Assembly (NCBI GenBank): GCA_049293015.1
Contig: JBATSB010000010.1
Coordinates: 2,117 to 66,116 of the forward strand
Origin: Ignavibacteria bacterium
GTDB lineage: Bacteria > Bacteroidota > Ignavibacteria > Tepidaquicellales > Tepidaquicellaceae
Reading direction: 5' to 3'
Length of the DNA: 64,000 nucleotides
The notes beneath the pieces were generated by a model, which had not been told where the DNA came from, did not search any database, and saw only the letters and a list, made by a program, of their open reading frames with translations. Below are positions 56,184 through 64,000 of the stretch, piece by piece. A program made the translations under genes and the position numbers. The stretch's first letter is position 1. Every line of letters begins with the position of its first letter.

Positions 56184-57143
56184 TTAAAGCAACTTACAAA
56201 GAGATTCAAACTCATCTTTACTGCTATTGATCATATCTTCAGCTTTGAGTTTTAATACACGAATATTTGTCGCAGAAGCATCATCCATATTATCGCTGCC
56301 GGTTTCGAGCTTAGTCTGAAATCTGTAAAATCTTTTTTTAACCGGATCAGAATTCAGTATCTGACTTAGCTGATATTCAACAGTCCTGCTGACCCCGTCA
56401 AAAACTACATCAAGCAAAGGTCTCGCCCAGCCTATCAGTCCCCAGTTCTTTGATTCTTCATATGAAATTCTCCGTGTAAGCTCTCCCGTTCCAAGTGATA
56501 CCAAAAGGATTTCTTCGTCACTACCAAACTCTTTAATTGCTTCAGCATAAGCACACATGGAAGGATTATTTGCATAGACTCCGCCGTCAATCAATGCGAA
56601 ATAATCAACAGGAGGTGTGGCTTTTAATTTCAGACTTTCAAAATAAGTAGGGGCAGCACTTGTCGCTCTTGCTACATCTCTCATTTTAAAATCATAATCT
56701 TCAGATTCTTTTGCTTTCCTGGATTTAAAGAAAAAGGGAATCCGCTGCTCGAGTTCATAACTTGGAATGATAAGATTAGTCAGTGATTCCGAAAGCTTTG
56801 TTTCACCGAGATATATCTCTAACACTTCTTCAATGCCTGCAATGGAAAATTTTTCATCAACAAGATTTCCCATTGACATTGTAGATTTCCAGGGAGATTT
56901 TTTAAAGATCTTCTTACCTTCATTTTCATAAAATTTCAATATATCAAGAGCTTTATATCTTGGCTTTCCTTTTGCATCCGGTTTGGTGAGGCATAACGCA
57001 AGAATTCCACCTGTTGAAGTTCCGGCAATCAGATCAAAAATTTCAGAGATTGGTTTCTTCATACGTTTTTCGATCTCATGCAGTATTCTAGCAGGAAGTA
57101 CTCCTCTGATCCCTCCGCCGTCAATTGTCAGTATTTTTTTCAT
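56184..57143 (-). CDS. Patatin-like phospholipase
   Basis: 319 aa with DGGGIRG (oxyanion hole), GTSTGG (GxSxG) and IDGGVYANNP (DGG/A). Confidence 0.85.
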   Translation of the reverse strand: MKKILTIDGGGIRGVLPARILHEIEKRMKKPISEIFDLIAGTSTGGILALCLTKPDAKGKPRYKALDILKFYENEGKKIFKKSPWKSTMSMGNLVDEKFSIAGIEEVLEIYLGETKLSESLTNLIIPSYELEQRIPFFFKSRKAKESEDYDFKMRDVARATSAAPTYFESLKLKATPPVDYFALIDGGVYANNPSMCAYAEAIKEFGSDEEILLVSLGTGELTRRISYEESKNWGLIGWARPLLDVVFDGVSRTVEYQLSQILNSDPVKKRFYRFQTKLETGSDNMDDASATNIRVLKLKAEDMINSSKDEFESLCKLL

Positions 57144-57173
57144 AATAATATTTTATATCGATATTTTAAATTT

Positions 57174-57845
57174 TCATGGCTTTACTATTCTTCCTTCAAG
57201 CTCTACTTTATGTACAGCCACTGCTTCAGATTCAGCTAATGATTTTTTTGGATTCTGAATATTAACGATTGCCGATTCTTCTGCCGATTTTTCTTCTTCT
57301 TTTTTATAATCAAGTCCTCTGTAAAATGCTTTTGCATATGAAGCGATCAGATTCGCTCTGTCTAATCCGTTTACAATCCTTCGTGCACCGACCCAGTCGG
57401 TAGTGTCTTTGTCAAAATACATATTGAGCTTATGTCTTGTGAAAATTCCGTCACGCATTCCTATCATTAATATATCCACACTGTTTCTTGGTTCAAGAGC
57501 AAGGTCAGGTTTATTCAACAGATCCACGCCAAGTATCTTTGTAAAACTTTCATAATTATAATGCCATGTCAATTGACACAATCCTCTTCCATAATAGATC
57601 TGCCCGGTCTTTGCATGCGGCATTCCGTACTTCCTGTTCTTACCTCTTCCATATTCTCCGATGGACGGATTCCATGTATGCGCTGATTCGTGAAATGCCG
57701 TAGCAAGTACATATGCCAGTTCTCTCAAATTTTTGTAACCCTTGTCTTCATCATAGTGATCTATAATATTTTCAATAGTGACAACTCCCATTTGGGTTAA
57801 TGGTCTGTACGGATATTTCATAAAAAATTTTTCTTTGTCTACCAT
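57174..57845 (-). CDS. GH19-like (COG3179 'predicted chitinase'/endolysin-like) hydrolase with acidic/Lys-rich C-terminal tail
   Basis: 223 aa. ...ATAFHESAHTW...YYGRGLCQLTWHYNY... resembles the GH19 catalytic core. No signal peptide seen. Confidence 0.55.
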   Translation of the reverse strand: MVDKEKFFMKYPYRPLTQMGVVTIENIIDHYDEDKGYKNLRELAYVLATAFHESAHTWNPSIGEYGRGKNRKYGMPHAKTGQIYYGRGLCQLTWHYNYESFTKILGVDLLNKPDLALEPRNSVDILMIGMRDGIFTRHKLNMYFDKDTTDWVGARRIVNGLDRANLIASYAKAFYRGLDYKKEEEKSAEESAIVNIQNPKKSLAESEAVAVHKVELEGRIVKP

Positions 57846-57980
57846 GATATGCTATTTTTAATTAATAAAAAATTTTGTTTAATTTATTTTATAATTATTT
57901 CCTCTGTTTAATTTTTTTTCAAATTTAAATAAAATAGCTTTAATCAGTTTAGCTATAAGAATTCTGTCTCTTTAACAGAA

Positions 57981-58016
57981 GTTACACAGGTTACAGAAGT
58001 TACAGTAGTTCCAATA
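57981..58016. repeat. 9-nt tandem repeat (GTTACAGNN) x4
   Basis: The units are GTTACACAG GTTACAGAA GTTACAGTA GTTCCAATA, read directly. The repeat lies about 135 nt upstream of the GH19-like start. Confidence 0.7.
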
Positions 58017-58041
58017 TTTTCTGCAAACCGGAAGATCCTCG

Positions 58042-58090
58042 TTTCCAAACTATGTTTGGAAATATAATTTTAAAGCGAAACTCCGTTTCG
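58042..58090. repeat. Tandem hairpin pair TTTCCAAAC-TAT-GTTTGGAAA and CGAAAC-TCC-GTTTCG
   Basis: Same family and order as 7825-7876. Confidence 0.75.
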
Positions 58091-58386
58091 TAAAAATTCT
58101 TTCAAAAGCAATCCGCAAAAATTTAAAATCTTCAACTTCAACTATTAAATTTTCAGCATCATTAAAAAGATTTTGGTTCATTGAATTTATTTTTGAATAA
58201 TTATAATAGAATTTTAAATAGTACCTTTGGGAAAGTGTCTGTGTATCAGAAATGGCAGTAATGAATTTGGTATTTATATTCATCAGAAAGTAATTTTGTT
58301 TAATGTATAATAATTTTTTTTTGAGGAAAAATAAATAGCCATTTATATCTTTTATATTTTCTATAGTCTTTCTTATAAAGAAATGC

Positions 58387-58416
58387 AGCTCCGGATTCTA
58401 AACCGGAGCTTTTATT
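58387..58416. terminator. Terminator-like hairpin AGCTCCGG-ATTCTAAA-CCGGAGCT + TTTATT in an ORF-free region
   Basis: An 8-bp GC-rich stem with a T-run on the plus strand and an A-run upstream, so it may act bidirectionally. No annotated gene ends here. Confidence 0.5.
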
Positions 58417-58620
58417 GAATTGTATAAATGCAGGTATGTCCTGAAATGAAATTACGAAGTGTCATAAGATTTGTAATGTTTTAATTTTAACAACCGATAC
58501 AAATATAATGACATTACTCTGAAATAATAATAAAGGCACATACAGAAAATTTATAAGTGTATTCACTTAACTTTGCATGAGTAAATTACTGAGTCTTAAT
58601 TGTTTTTATCATAAAAGGTA

Positions 58621-58649
58621 CAAGCCCTGTATCTTTTTTACAGGGCTTG
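58621..58649. terminator. Hairpin CAAGCCCTGT-loop-ACAGGGCTTG; a possible minus-strand terminator
   Basis: A 10-bp perfect stem. On the minus strand it is followed by TACCTTTTATGATAAAAAC. It lies 380 nt downstream of the TonB-dependent receptor stop. Confidence 0.4.
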
Positions 58650-58765
58650 CATTAAAAGGAAGTACTTAAATCGGTAAATAAAAGCAGTTTAAATATAGTT
58701 AGCATTGAAGAATTCTTTCAATTATTGCTTATTCAAATTAGCAATAATACTATTTATATGAATTA

Positions 58766-58834
58766 AGTATATACACACAATTCGTCTGAGTATATATACT
58801 CAATTTTAATGAGTAGATATACTTAAAATGTCTT
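58766..58834. promoter_or_regulatory. Three 23-nt direct repeats (iteron-like) each starting AGTA(T/G)ATA(C/T)AC; the middle one forms the perfect palindrome TGAGTATATATACTCA
   Basis: The units start at 58766, 58789 and 58812, at exact 23-nt spacing. Units 1 and 2 match at about 17/23 positions, units 2 and 3 at about 14/23. Confidence 0.5.
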
Positions 58835-58927
58835 TTAAAGCAAAAAAACGCTGTTTTAAAATGAGTAATAACTGTTTCTTAAATCAGAATTTTTGAAAAA
58901 AAAGATGTTTTAAATAAAATTTATGTT

Positions 58928-58961
58928 TCCGCAGAGTCACCTGCTTTTCGAACTCTGCGGA
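58928..58961. repeat. Hairpin TCCGCAGAGTC-loop-(A)ACTCTGCGGA (CCGCAGAGTC family)
   Basis: Read directly. It lies 69 nt downstream of the receptor stop on the minus strand. Confidence 0.75.
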
Positions 58962-59029
58962 TACTGATTTAATGGACTTTAGTGCGCTATTAGGAAATTT
59001 TTAAAAAAAAGAATTGATATAAAACGTTT

Positions 59030-61399
59030 TTAAAATTCGAAGAATAACCCTGAATTGTAATTTCTGTTTGGAGCTTGAATCCGTTCCAGCTCCTGATAAG
59101 TTTCATTGAAAAGATTGTCAACTGAAATAAAAAATGAAAGTTTGCTTGTAATCTGTTTACTTAATTTTAAATTCAACAGAAAATAAGAATCCGGCTCTTC
59201 ATAGTCATAAAATAAAACTTCTTCAATTTCACTGAGATATCTGCCGTTAACATTCAGATTGAAATCATAATAATTCATATTTGCAGTAAAGTTGAAATTA
59301 TTTTCAGGTTTGTATGGAAGGAAATCATTTTCCCTGTTCTCAGACAGATCTCTAGCCTGAAGATAGGTATATCCTATGTTAAAATAATAATCAACCGGTG
59401 AATTGAATAATTTGAAATCAGAATTATAATCAATATAAAATTCAAAACCTTTGACCTGAGTATTGGCAACATTCTGTACCTGAAAAGGTCCGTAAAGAGA
59501 ACCGCCGACATTAACATACTGAATCAGATTTGTATAATAATTGTAGAAAAACGCCATGTCAATATTAAATCTGTTTAGATACTGTTTTCTCATCCCTACT
59601 TCAAATGAAAGCATTTCCTCCGGTTTCAGATTTGGATTATATAAGAAATCAAATCCACCGAATAATTCCTTTTTAAAATATAACTCAGCGATAGAAGGAG
59701 CTCGGAAAGCTCTGCCGCCAAGTATTCGAAATGATGAATTCGAAAATACTAAATTTGATGAAACAGGACTGTACACAAATGACAGTTTTGGACTCAGTTG
59801 AAAAGAATGTACACCTGAAACAACCTGATTAAAATCAGCTCTTAAACCAATTGTAGATGTCAAAATATCATTTCCATTTATGTCCTGAATCATCTTCCAT
59901 TGATCCTGCGCAAATATTCCAAAATTATTCATCTGTTGGTCGCCATATAAAATTTCTTCAGGATCCGATTTAACAATATTTATCTGTAAATCTAAACCTG
60001 ATACCAGGTAGTTCGATCTGCCAAGCTGAAAATCCACCTGTGTAATATTTCCTATATTATATGAATCAATAAATGTATTTAGACCTAAGCCGGTATCTGC
60101 AAACTGTATGGATACGGGATTGTTTGGATTGTAATAAGAATTGCTGTTTAAATAATAATAATAAAATCTTGTGGTATATTTTGAATTACTGTTTGGTATC
60201 GCTCTGTAAAAAAGATCATAGCTCTGAGACTTTTTATTTATATAATCACCAATATAATGATCGGCTACTTTATACGGCTCGGCTGTCTGCCCTGCATCCT
60301 TTTTCCAGTATCTTGGAAAGTCACTTTCTGAACTTGTATATTGTATAGTAGCTTCCAGATCCCTGTTACTGAAAAGATCGTAAGTTACCTTTCCCGTCAG
60401 ACTGTAAAAATCATAACCTGACTGTTGGGAATATCCGTCGTTATAATTATAATTTAAATTAGCCAGGTATGAAAACTTTTTAATAGTGTTACTGTGAATA
60501 ATATTTGCACCTGATAAAGTCTGTAGTTTGTTTGAAAAACTCAAACTGTCAGGAAGTTTTTCATAAAAACCATAATTCATATTCACTGCAGTATATGATT
60601 TATATGTCGGCTTTTTGGTTATCACATTTACAACTCCCCCAATAGCACTCGATCCATACAATGAAGAAAATGCGCCTTTGACTACTTCTGTTCTCTCAAT
60701 AATAGATACAGGTATCAGCGACCATAATGCACCTTTAGAATCTCCTGTCAGCGAAGGTCTTCCGTCAAGCAAAAGCAAAACTCTGTTCCCAATACCTCCG
60801 CCTGCAACGTCTGAAGAAGCACGGATTGAAAGTGAATTGACATTGATTCCACTGCTTCTGTTTATTGTAACACCTTGTACTTCCTCAAGTACTTTATCGA
60901 AAGTCAGAATATTTTTATTAAAAATTTCCTCAGACCCAACCACTGAAATCGATGACGGCGTCTGCTGTAAAGTTACTTCTGTCTTGGATGAAGTAACATT
61001 GATCTTATCAATCTCAATATCTGCCTGCTCTAAATAAATATTTTTTTCAAGTACTTCATTTGATTTTATTGTCACTACTTCTTCATAATCTGAATATCCA
61101 ATATGAGAAGCTTTCAGATTGTATGAGCCACCTTTAATTTTACTGAAACTATACTCGCCGGATATTTCTGATCGTGTATGAAATTTCTCTCCTGAAGCAA
61201 TATTAACCAGACTAACATTGACTTCCATTAAGATCGAACTGGTTTCCTTATCTATCACCTTCCCTTTTATGACTGATGCATTTTCTTTTGCTGAAATACT
61301 TTTTCCAAACAACATAAATAAAGAAACGAACAGTACTTTCGAAATAAAAATACTGTTCGTAATAGTTTTATATAATTTGTATTTGGAAATAAATTTCAT
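59030..61399 (-). CDS. TonB-dependent outer-membrane receptor with N-terminal CarboxypepD_reg-like domain
   Basis: 789 aa with a signal peptide. VIKGKVIDKET...GSYNLKASHIGY is the carboxypeptidase-regulatory-like domain. The plug reads ...VVKGAFSSLYGSSAIGGVVNVITK. The terminal aromatic is ...GLFFEF. Confidence 0.85.
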   Translation of the reverse strand: MKFISKYKLYKTITNSIFISKVLFVSLFMLFGKSISAKENASVIKGKVIDKETSSILMEVNVSLVNIASGEKFHTRSEISGEYSFSKIKGGSYNLKASHIGYSDYEEVVTIKSNEVLEKNIYLEQADIEIDKINVTSSKTEVTLQQTPSSISVVGSEEIFNKNILTFDKVLEEVQGVTINRSSGINVNSLSIRASSDVAGGGIGNRVLLLLDGRPSLTGDSKGALWSLIPVSIIERTEVVKGAFSSLYGSSAIGGVVNVITKKPTYKSYTAVNMNYGFYEKLPDSLSFSNKLQTLSGANIIHSNTIKKFSYLANLNYNYNDGYSQQSGYDFYSLTGKVTYDLFSNRDLEATIQYTSSESDFPRYWKKDAGQTAEPYKVADHYIGDYINKKSQSYDLFYRAIPNSNSKYTTRFYYYYLNSNSYYNPNNPVSIQFADTGLGLNTFIDSYNIGNITQVDFQLGRSNYLVSGLDLQINIVKSDPEEILYGDQQMNNFGIFAQDQWKMIQDINGNDILTSTIGLRADFNQVVSGVHSFQLSPKLSFVYSPVSSNLVFSNSSFRILGGRAFRAPSIAELYFKKELFGGFDFLYNPNLKPEEMLSFEVGMRKQYLNRFNIDMAFFYNYYTNLIQYVNVGGSLYGPFQVQNVANTQVKGFEFYIDYNSDFKLFNSPVDYYFNIGYTYLQARDLSENRENDFLPYKPENNFNFTANMNYYDFNLNVNGRYLSEIEEVLFYDYEEPDSYFLLNLKLSKQITSKLSFFISVDNLFNETYQELERIQAPNRNYNSGLFFEF

Positions 61400-61407
61400 T
61401 TAAACTA

Positions 61408-61929
61408 TTAGTAAACTTTTTTTGTAGTATCAGACCATGATAACATACTGATTCCTTCTGTACCCTGGTTTTCAGTCCCAATCGTTGCATTTTTTGGAGG
61501 ATTTAAAAAGCAAGTTGAATACTGAGCTCTTGCTGTATCACAACCATAAACTGACATTATCGGACTCTGTCCGCCGGTCGTTTTTCTGAATCCTACAGAA
61601 ATAACATAACTTCCCGGATTAAGGTCTTTCAGAGTGTATGGATACTGCAGGTCAAGTACATTGTTGGTTCTTTTAATTGTTAAAGTATCAAAAGCTGTAG
61701 GTCCTGCCATTGGAGGCCAGCCCGTTGACGGATAAGCTGAAATCAAATATGTGCCTCCTGATAAAATAAAATTAGTATCTACAAATGTTACTATACCGTT
61801 CACTGTTTTATCAGCCGGTCCTACAGGTGCTACTATATTGTTATCATCGTCTGAACAGCTATAAATAGATAATGTAATTAGTATTGCAAATACAACTGAC
61901 ATTAAAGGATTGTTAAATATTTTTTTCAA
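61408..61929 (-). CDS. Lipoprotein of unknown function, co-transcribed with the TonB-dependent receptor
   Basis: 173 aa with the lipobox LSIYS-C followed by SDDDNN. Its stop lies 8 nt upstream of the receptor ATG. TTG start. Confidence 0.6.
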   Translation of the reverse strand: MKKIFNNPLMSVVFAILITLSIYSCSDDDNNIVAPVGPADKTVNGIVTFVDTNFILSGGTYLISAYPSTGWPPMAGPTAFDTLTIKRTNNVLDLQYPYTLKDLNPGSYVISVGFRKTTGGQSPIMSVYGCDTARAQYSTCFLNPPKNATIGTENQGTEGISMLSWSDTTKKVY

Positions 61930-62205
61930 TTTAATATATATTTAGTTTATAATTAATTTTCTGAAGCAAATTTAATAATGTATCACTTTAACAAATATGA
62001 TTTTAATCATAATAGTTAAATTGTTTTAATGATATTTATCACGTAATAATTCATTAGAAATATCAGATTTTTTAGAAAAAAAAATCTGAGTTAAAACAGT
62101 TTTGAAATAATATAAGGAATGAACAGCCACAAAAGTCCTTTCGCAAGAAAAAATATAAATCCCCAAAAGCCGAGCTTCCTAATAAATGATTTTATTTTTT
62201 CAGAT

Positions 62206-62544
62206 TTACCTGGCAATGACTTCGTAAGTTTTAAAATCTGATGTCATAGGCATTTCTTCTCCCTTTTCCTTTGCAATCTTCAGATCTTCAAATCCCCTTT
62301 TATGTCCTTCTATAAAGGCAGGAGATTTTGTCCATCCTTTAAATGCATCCTCTGAGTTCCAGTGACTGACGATCAAATATCTGTTGCTTCCGTCCATTGG
62401 TTTTAAAACTTCCATATTATGAAATCCGGGCATTGTGTCAATTGCCTTTGCCCTGGATCCAAATAGTTCTTCAAACCTTTCCGTATAATGTTCCTTGCAG
62501 TCAATATAATTTATTGCTACAAATTTCTTTTCTTCTTTTTCCAT
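62206..62544 (-). CDS. ABM-domain monooxygenase (IsdG/HmoA-like, possible heme-degrading enzyme)
   Basis: 112 aa. FVAINYI...FEE.F......I....GF....VL.P.....YLIVSHWNSEDAFKGW is the antibiotic-biosynthesis-monooxygenase fold pattern. Confidence 0.65.
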   Translation of the reverse strand: MEKEEKKFVAINYIDCKEHYTERFEELFGSRAKAIDTMPGFHNMEVLKPMDGSNRYLIVSHWNSEDAFKGWTKSPAFIEGHKRGFEDLKIAKEKGEEMPMTSDFKTYEVIAR

Positions 62545-62686
62545 TATTATTTTTATTTGTTAAAAATTTTATCTGCAAATATAATGCTTATTAAGACTAT
62601 GTTCAAATAAGAAAACATACTCTTTTAATATTATCGAGATTCCTGATCGTATGAAAACTCTTCGACTATCTGAAAACGTTGGAATT

Positions 62687-63101
62687 GCCTCTAAGGCTCA
62701 AAGTGAAAAAAATTAGGAGCTATATGATTTATTGTGAATTTTTTTAATGTATCAAATCCATATTGTTCAAAATCTAAAACTTTTCTTCATGTCATTCCCG
62801 TATGCTCCTAGCGGGAATCCAGTCAGAAAGTTTAGATTGAAAGGTATGAGTATTTATTGTGCACATATAATCGTAAGTGAATAAAATGGCACAATAAATA
62901 TTTAATTATTTATAATTTTAAATAATATTAAAAGGAAAGAATAGAAATATCATTTGAGATTTCGTGATGATTAGATTCCCGCTAGGAGCATGCGGGAATG
63001 ACAAAATTTGTGAAAAATAAAAATATATTTATCTTTCTATTTTCCACTATAAATCATATACCACCAATAATTTAAACTAAACTACTTCGAGCCTTCGAGG
63101 C
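62687..63101. repeat. 415-bp nested inverted-repeat structure
   Basis: Three roughly concentric arm pairs. Outer: GCCTCTAAGGCTCAAAG (62687) / CTTCGAGCCTTCGAGGC (63085). Next: TATATGATTTATTGTG / CACTATAAATCATATA. Next: GTCATTCCCGTATGCTCCTAGCGGGAATC (62791) / GATTCCCGCTAGGAGCATGCGGGAATGAC (62974). An inner hairpin TATTTATTGTGC/GCACAATAAATA lies at 62851-62900. Confidence 0.8.
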
Positions 63102-63114
63102 AAATTAAGTAATT

Positions 63115-64000
63115 TTAAACTGTTACCCTAAGCAAATAACCCTTAAGATAATTAGTCTCTGGCATTTGCGGCAATACCGGATGGTCAAACGAGGAATTTC
63201 TGAATTCAATGATCTGTATCTTTCTTTTAGCTTTTTCTGCACTTTGAACAAGCATTTCCTCAAATGCTTTTTCACTGATATGATGAGAGCAGGAAAATGT
63301 AAACAGAAATGAATTTGGCTTTAACAATTTCATCGATTTGTAATTTAATTCTGTATAACCTTTTAAAGCTGTATGTATATTTTTTTTAGACTTAGTAAAT
63401 GAAGGCGGATCCAGTATTACAAAATCAAATCTATCTGTCTTTTGGAAATATTCATTTACCAGTTCAAATACATCTGCCTTTTTAAAATCAATATTTTTAA
63501 TTCCATTCAAATGTGCATTACCTTCAGCCATTTCTATCGAATGATCTGATGAATCAACAGCAGTTATAACTTCAGCACCTGCACGAGAAGCATTCAGCGC
63601 AAAGCCACCTTCATTGCAAAAAAGATCTAACACTTCATCACCTTCCTTAATATACTTTCTCAGCAAAGTTCTGTTCTCCTGTTGATCTAAATAATAGCCC
63701 GTCTTCTGACCTTTCAAAAGATCTATATTAATTTTCATACCATCAAGCTCAACTTCAAATTTAGCTGCTTCACTTCCCGATCTGTCAAATAAAATTCCTT
63801 CAGTTTTTTCTAATCCTTCAAGTGTCCTAATCTCATTATCATTTTTCTCAATTACAAGATCAGCTTTAAAATTTGTATCAAGTACTTCTGTAATTTCTTT
63901 TTTAAATAATTCCATACCCGCTGAAAAAATCTGAACCGAATACTTTTCCCCGAATCTATCTATAATTAGTCCCGGAAGAAAATCACTTTCGCTGTTTACT
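63115..64000 (-). CDS. Class I SAM-dependent rRNA methyltransferase, RlmI/RlmK-like; N-terminus outside the window
   Basis: VLDLFCNEGGFALNASRAG and ILDPPSF motifs. The frame stays open upstream of the ATG at 63915 to the window end (...GLIIDRFGEKYSVQIFSAGMELF), which matches the RlmI PUA-to-MTase junction. Confidence 0.8.
   Translation of the reverse strand, partial: VNSESDFLPGLIIDRFGEKYSVQIFSAGMELFKKEITEVLDTNFKADLVIEKNDNEIRTLEGLEKTEGILFDRSGSEAAKFEVELDGMKINIDLLKGQKTGYYLDQQENRTLLRKYIKEGDEVLDLFCNEGGFALNASRAGAEVITAVDSSDHSIEMAEGNAHLNGIKNIDFKKADVFELVNEYFQKTDRFDFVILDPPSFTKSKKNIHTALKGYTELNYKSMKLLKPNSFLFTFSCSHHISEKAFEEMLVQSAEKAKRKIQIIEFRNSSFDHPVLPQMPETNYLKGYLLRVTV

Noticed and set aside
50158-57845. 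Possibility that the nuclease / phosphoesterase / patatin / GH19 block is a prophage or integrative island.
   Set aside because: There is no integrase, transposase, structural phage gene or tRNA-flanked direct repeat. The composition looks like the rest of the window. I report the gene pairs individually instead.
61930-62205. Possible cobalamin or other riboswitch in the 276-nt leader of the lipoprotein/TonB-receptor operon.
   Set aside because: I could not find a B12 box or any conserved riboswitch core by eye. The region is simply AT-rich. A covariance-model scan would be needed to exclude one.

Overview
AT-rich (about 30% GC by eye) chromosomal window. It looks like an FCB-group bacterium, Ignavibacteriota/Bacteroidota-like; this is an inference. 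The grounds are that five proteins end in the NYPNPFNP-type T9SS sorting domain, a PorQ-like barrel is present, and Shine-Dalgarno motifs are almost absent.

I support 48 CDS and 2 tRNAs (Gly-CCC, Arg-UCG). I see no rRNA, no CRISPR and no transposase or integrase.

**Housekeeping blocks**
- acyl-CoA mutase large subunit
- serB/serA fusion plus serC
- GMC dehydrogenase pair
- ltaE, gyrA
- metG-folP-P-type ATPase
- priA
- Na+/solute symporter
- RlmI-like methyltransferase, cut by the window end

**Envelope and accessory blocks**
- DPPR-synthase-like UbiA enzyme plus a GT-C membrane protein
- an ArnC/ArnT-like cluster
- T9SS cargo genes
- an anSME-like radical SAM enzyme
- GIY-YIG/DUF4357
- metallophosphoesterase plus a 1189-aa membrane-GMC fusion
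- GH19-like plus patatin pair
- ABM monooxygenase, lipoprotein and TonB-dependent receptor

**Most interesting observations**
1. A tandemly duplicated module at 11.4-16.3 kb. Each copy has a conserved 6-codon uORF (MMIRPP-stop) with a strong SD, then a ~120-aa secreted beta-sandwich protein ending TLGPNY, then a conserved hairpin, then an FG-GAP propeller with a T9SS tail. The only two uORF differences between copies are synonymous.
2. An unusually rich mosaic of at least six hairpin and inverted-repeat families in the intergenic regions. These include covarying long hairpins and a 415-bp nested palindrome.
3. A tRNA-Arg bracketed by heptad-based tandem repeats.
4. A 1.2-kb ORF-free region with 23-nt iteron-like repeats.

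All domain calls come from remembered family motifs; no searches were run. Hand-counted coordinates of small elements may be off by 1-3 nt.
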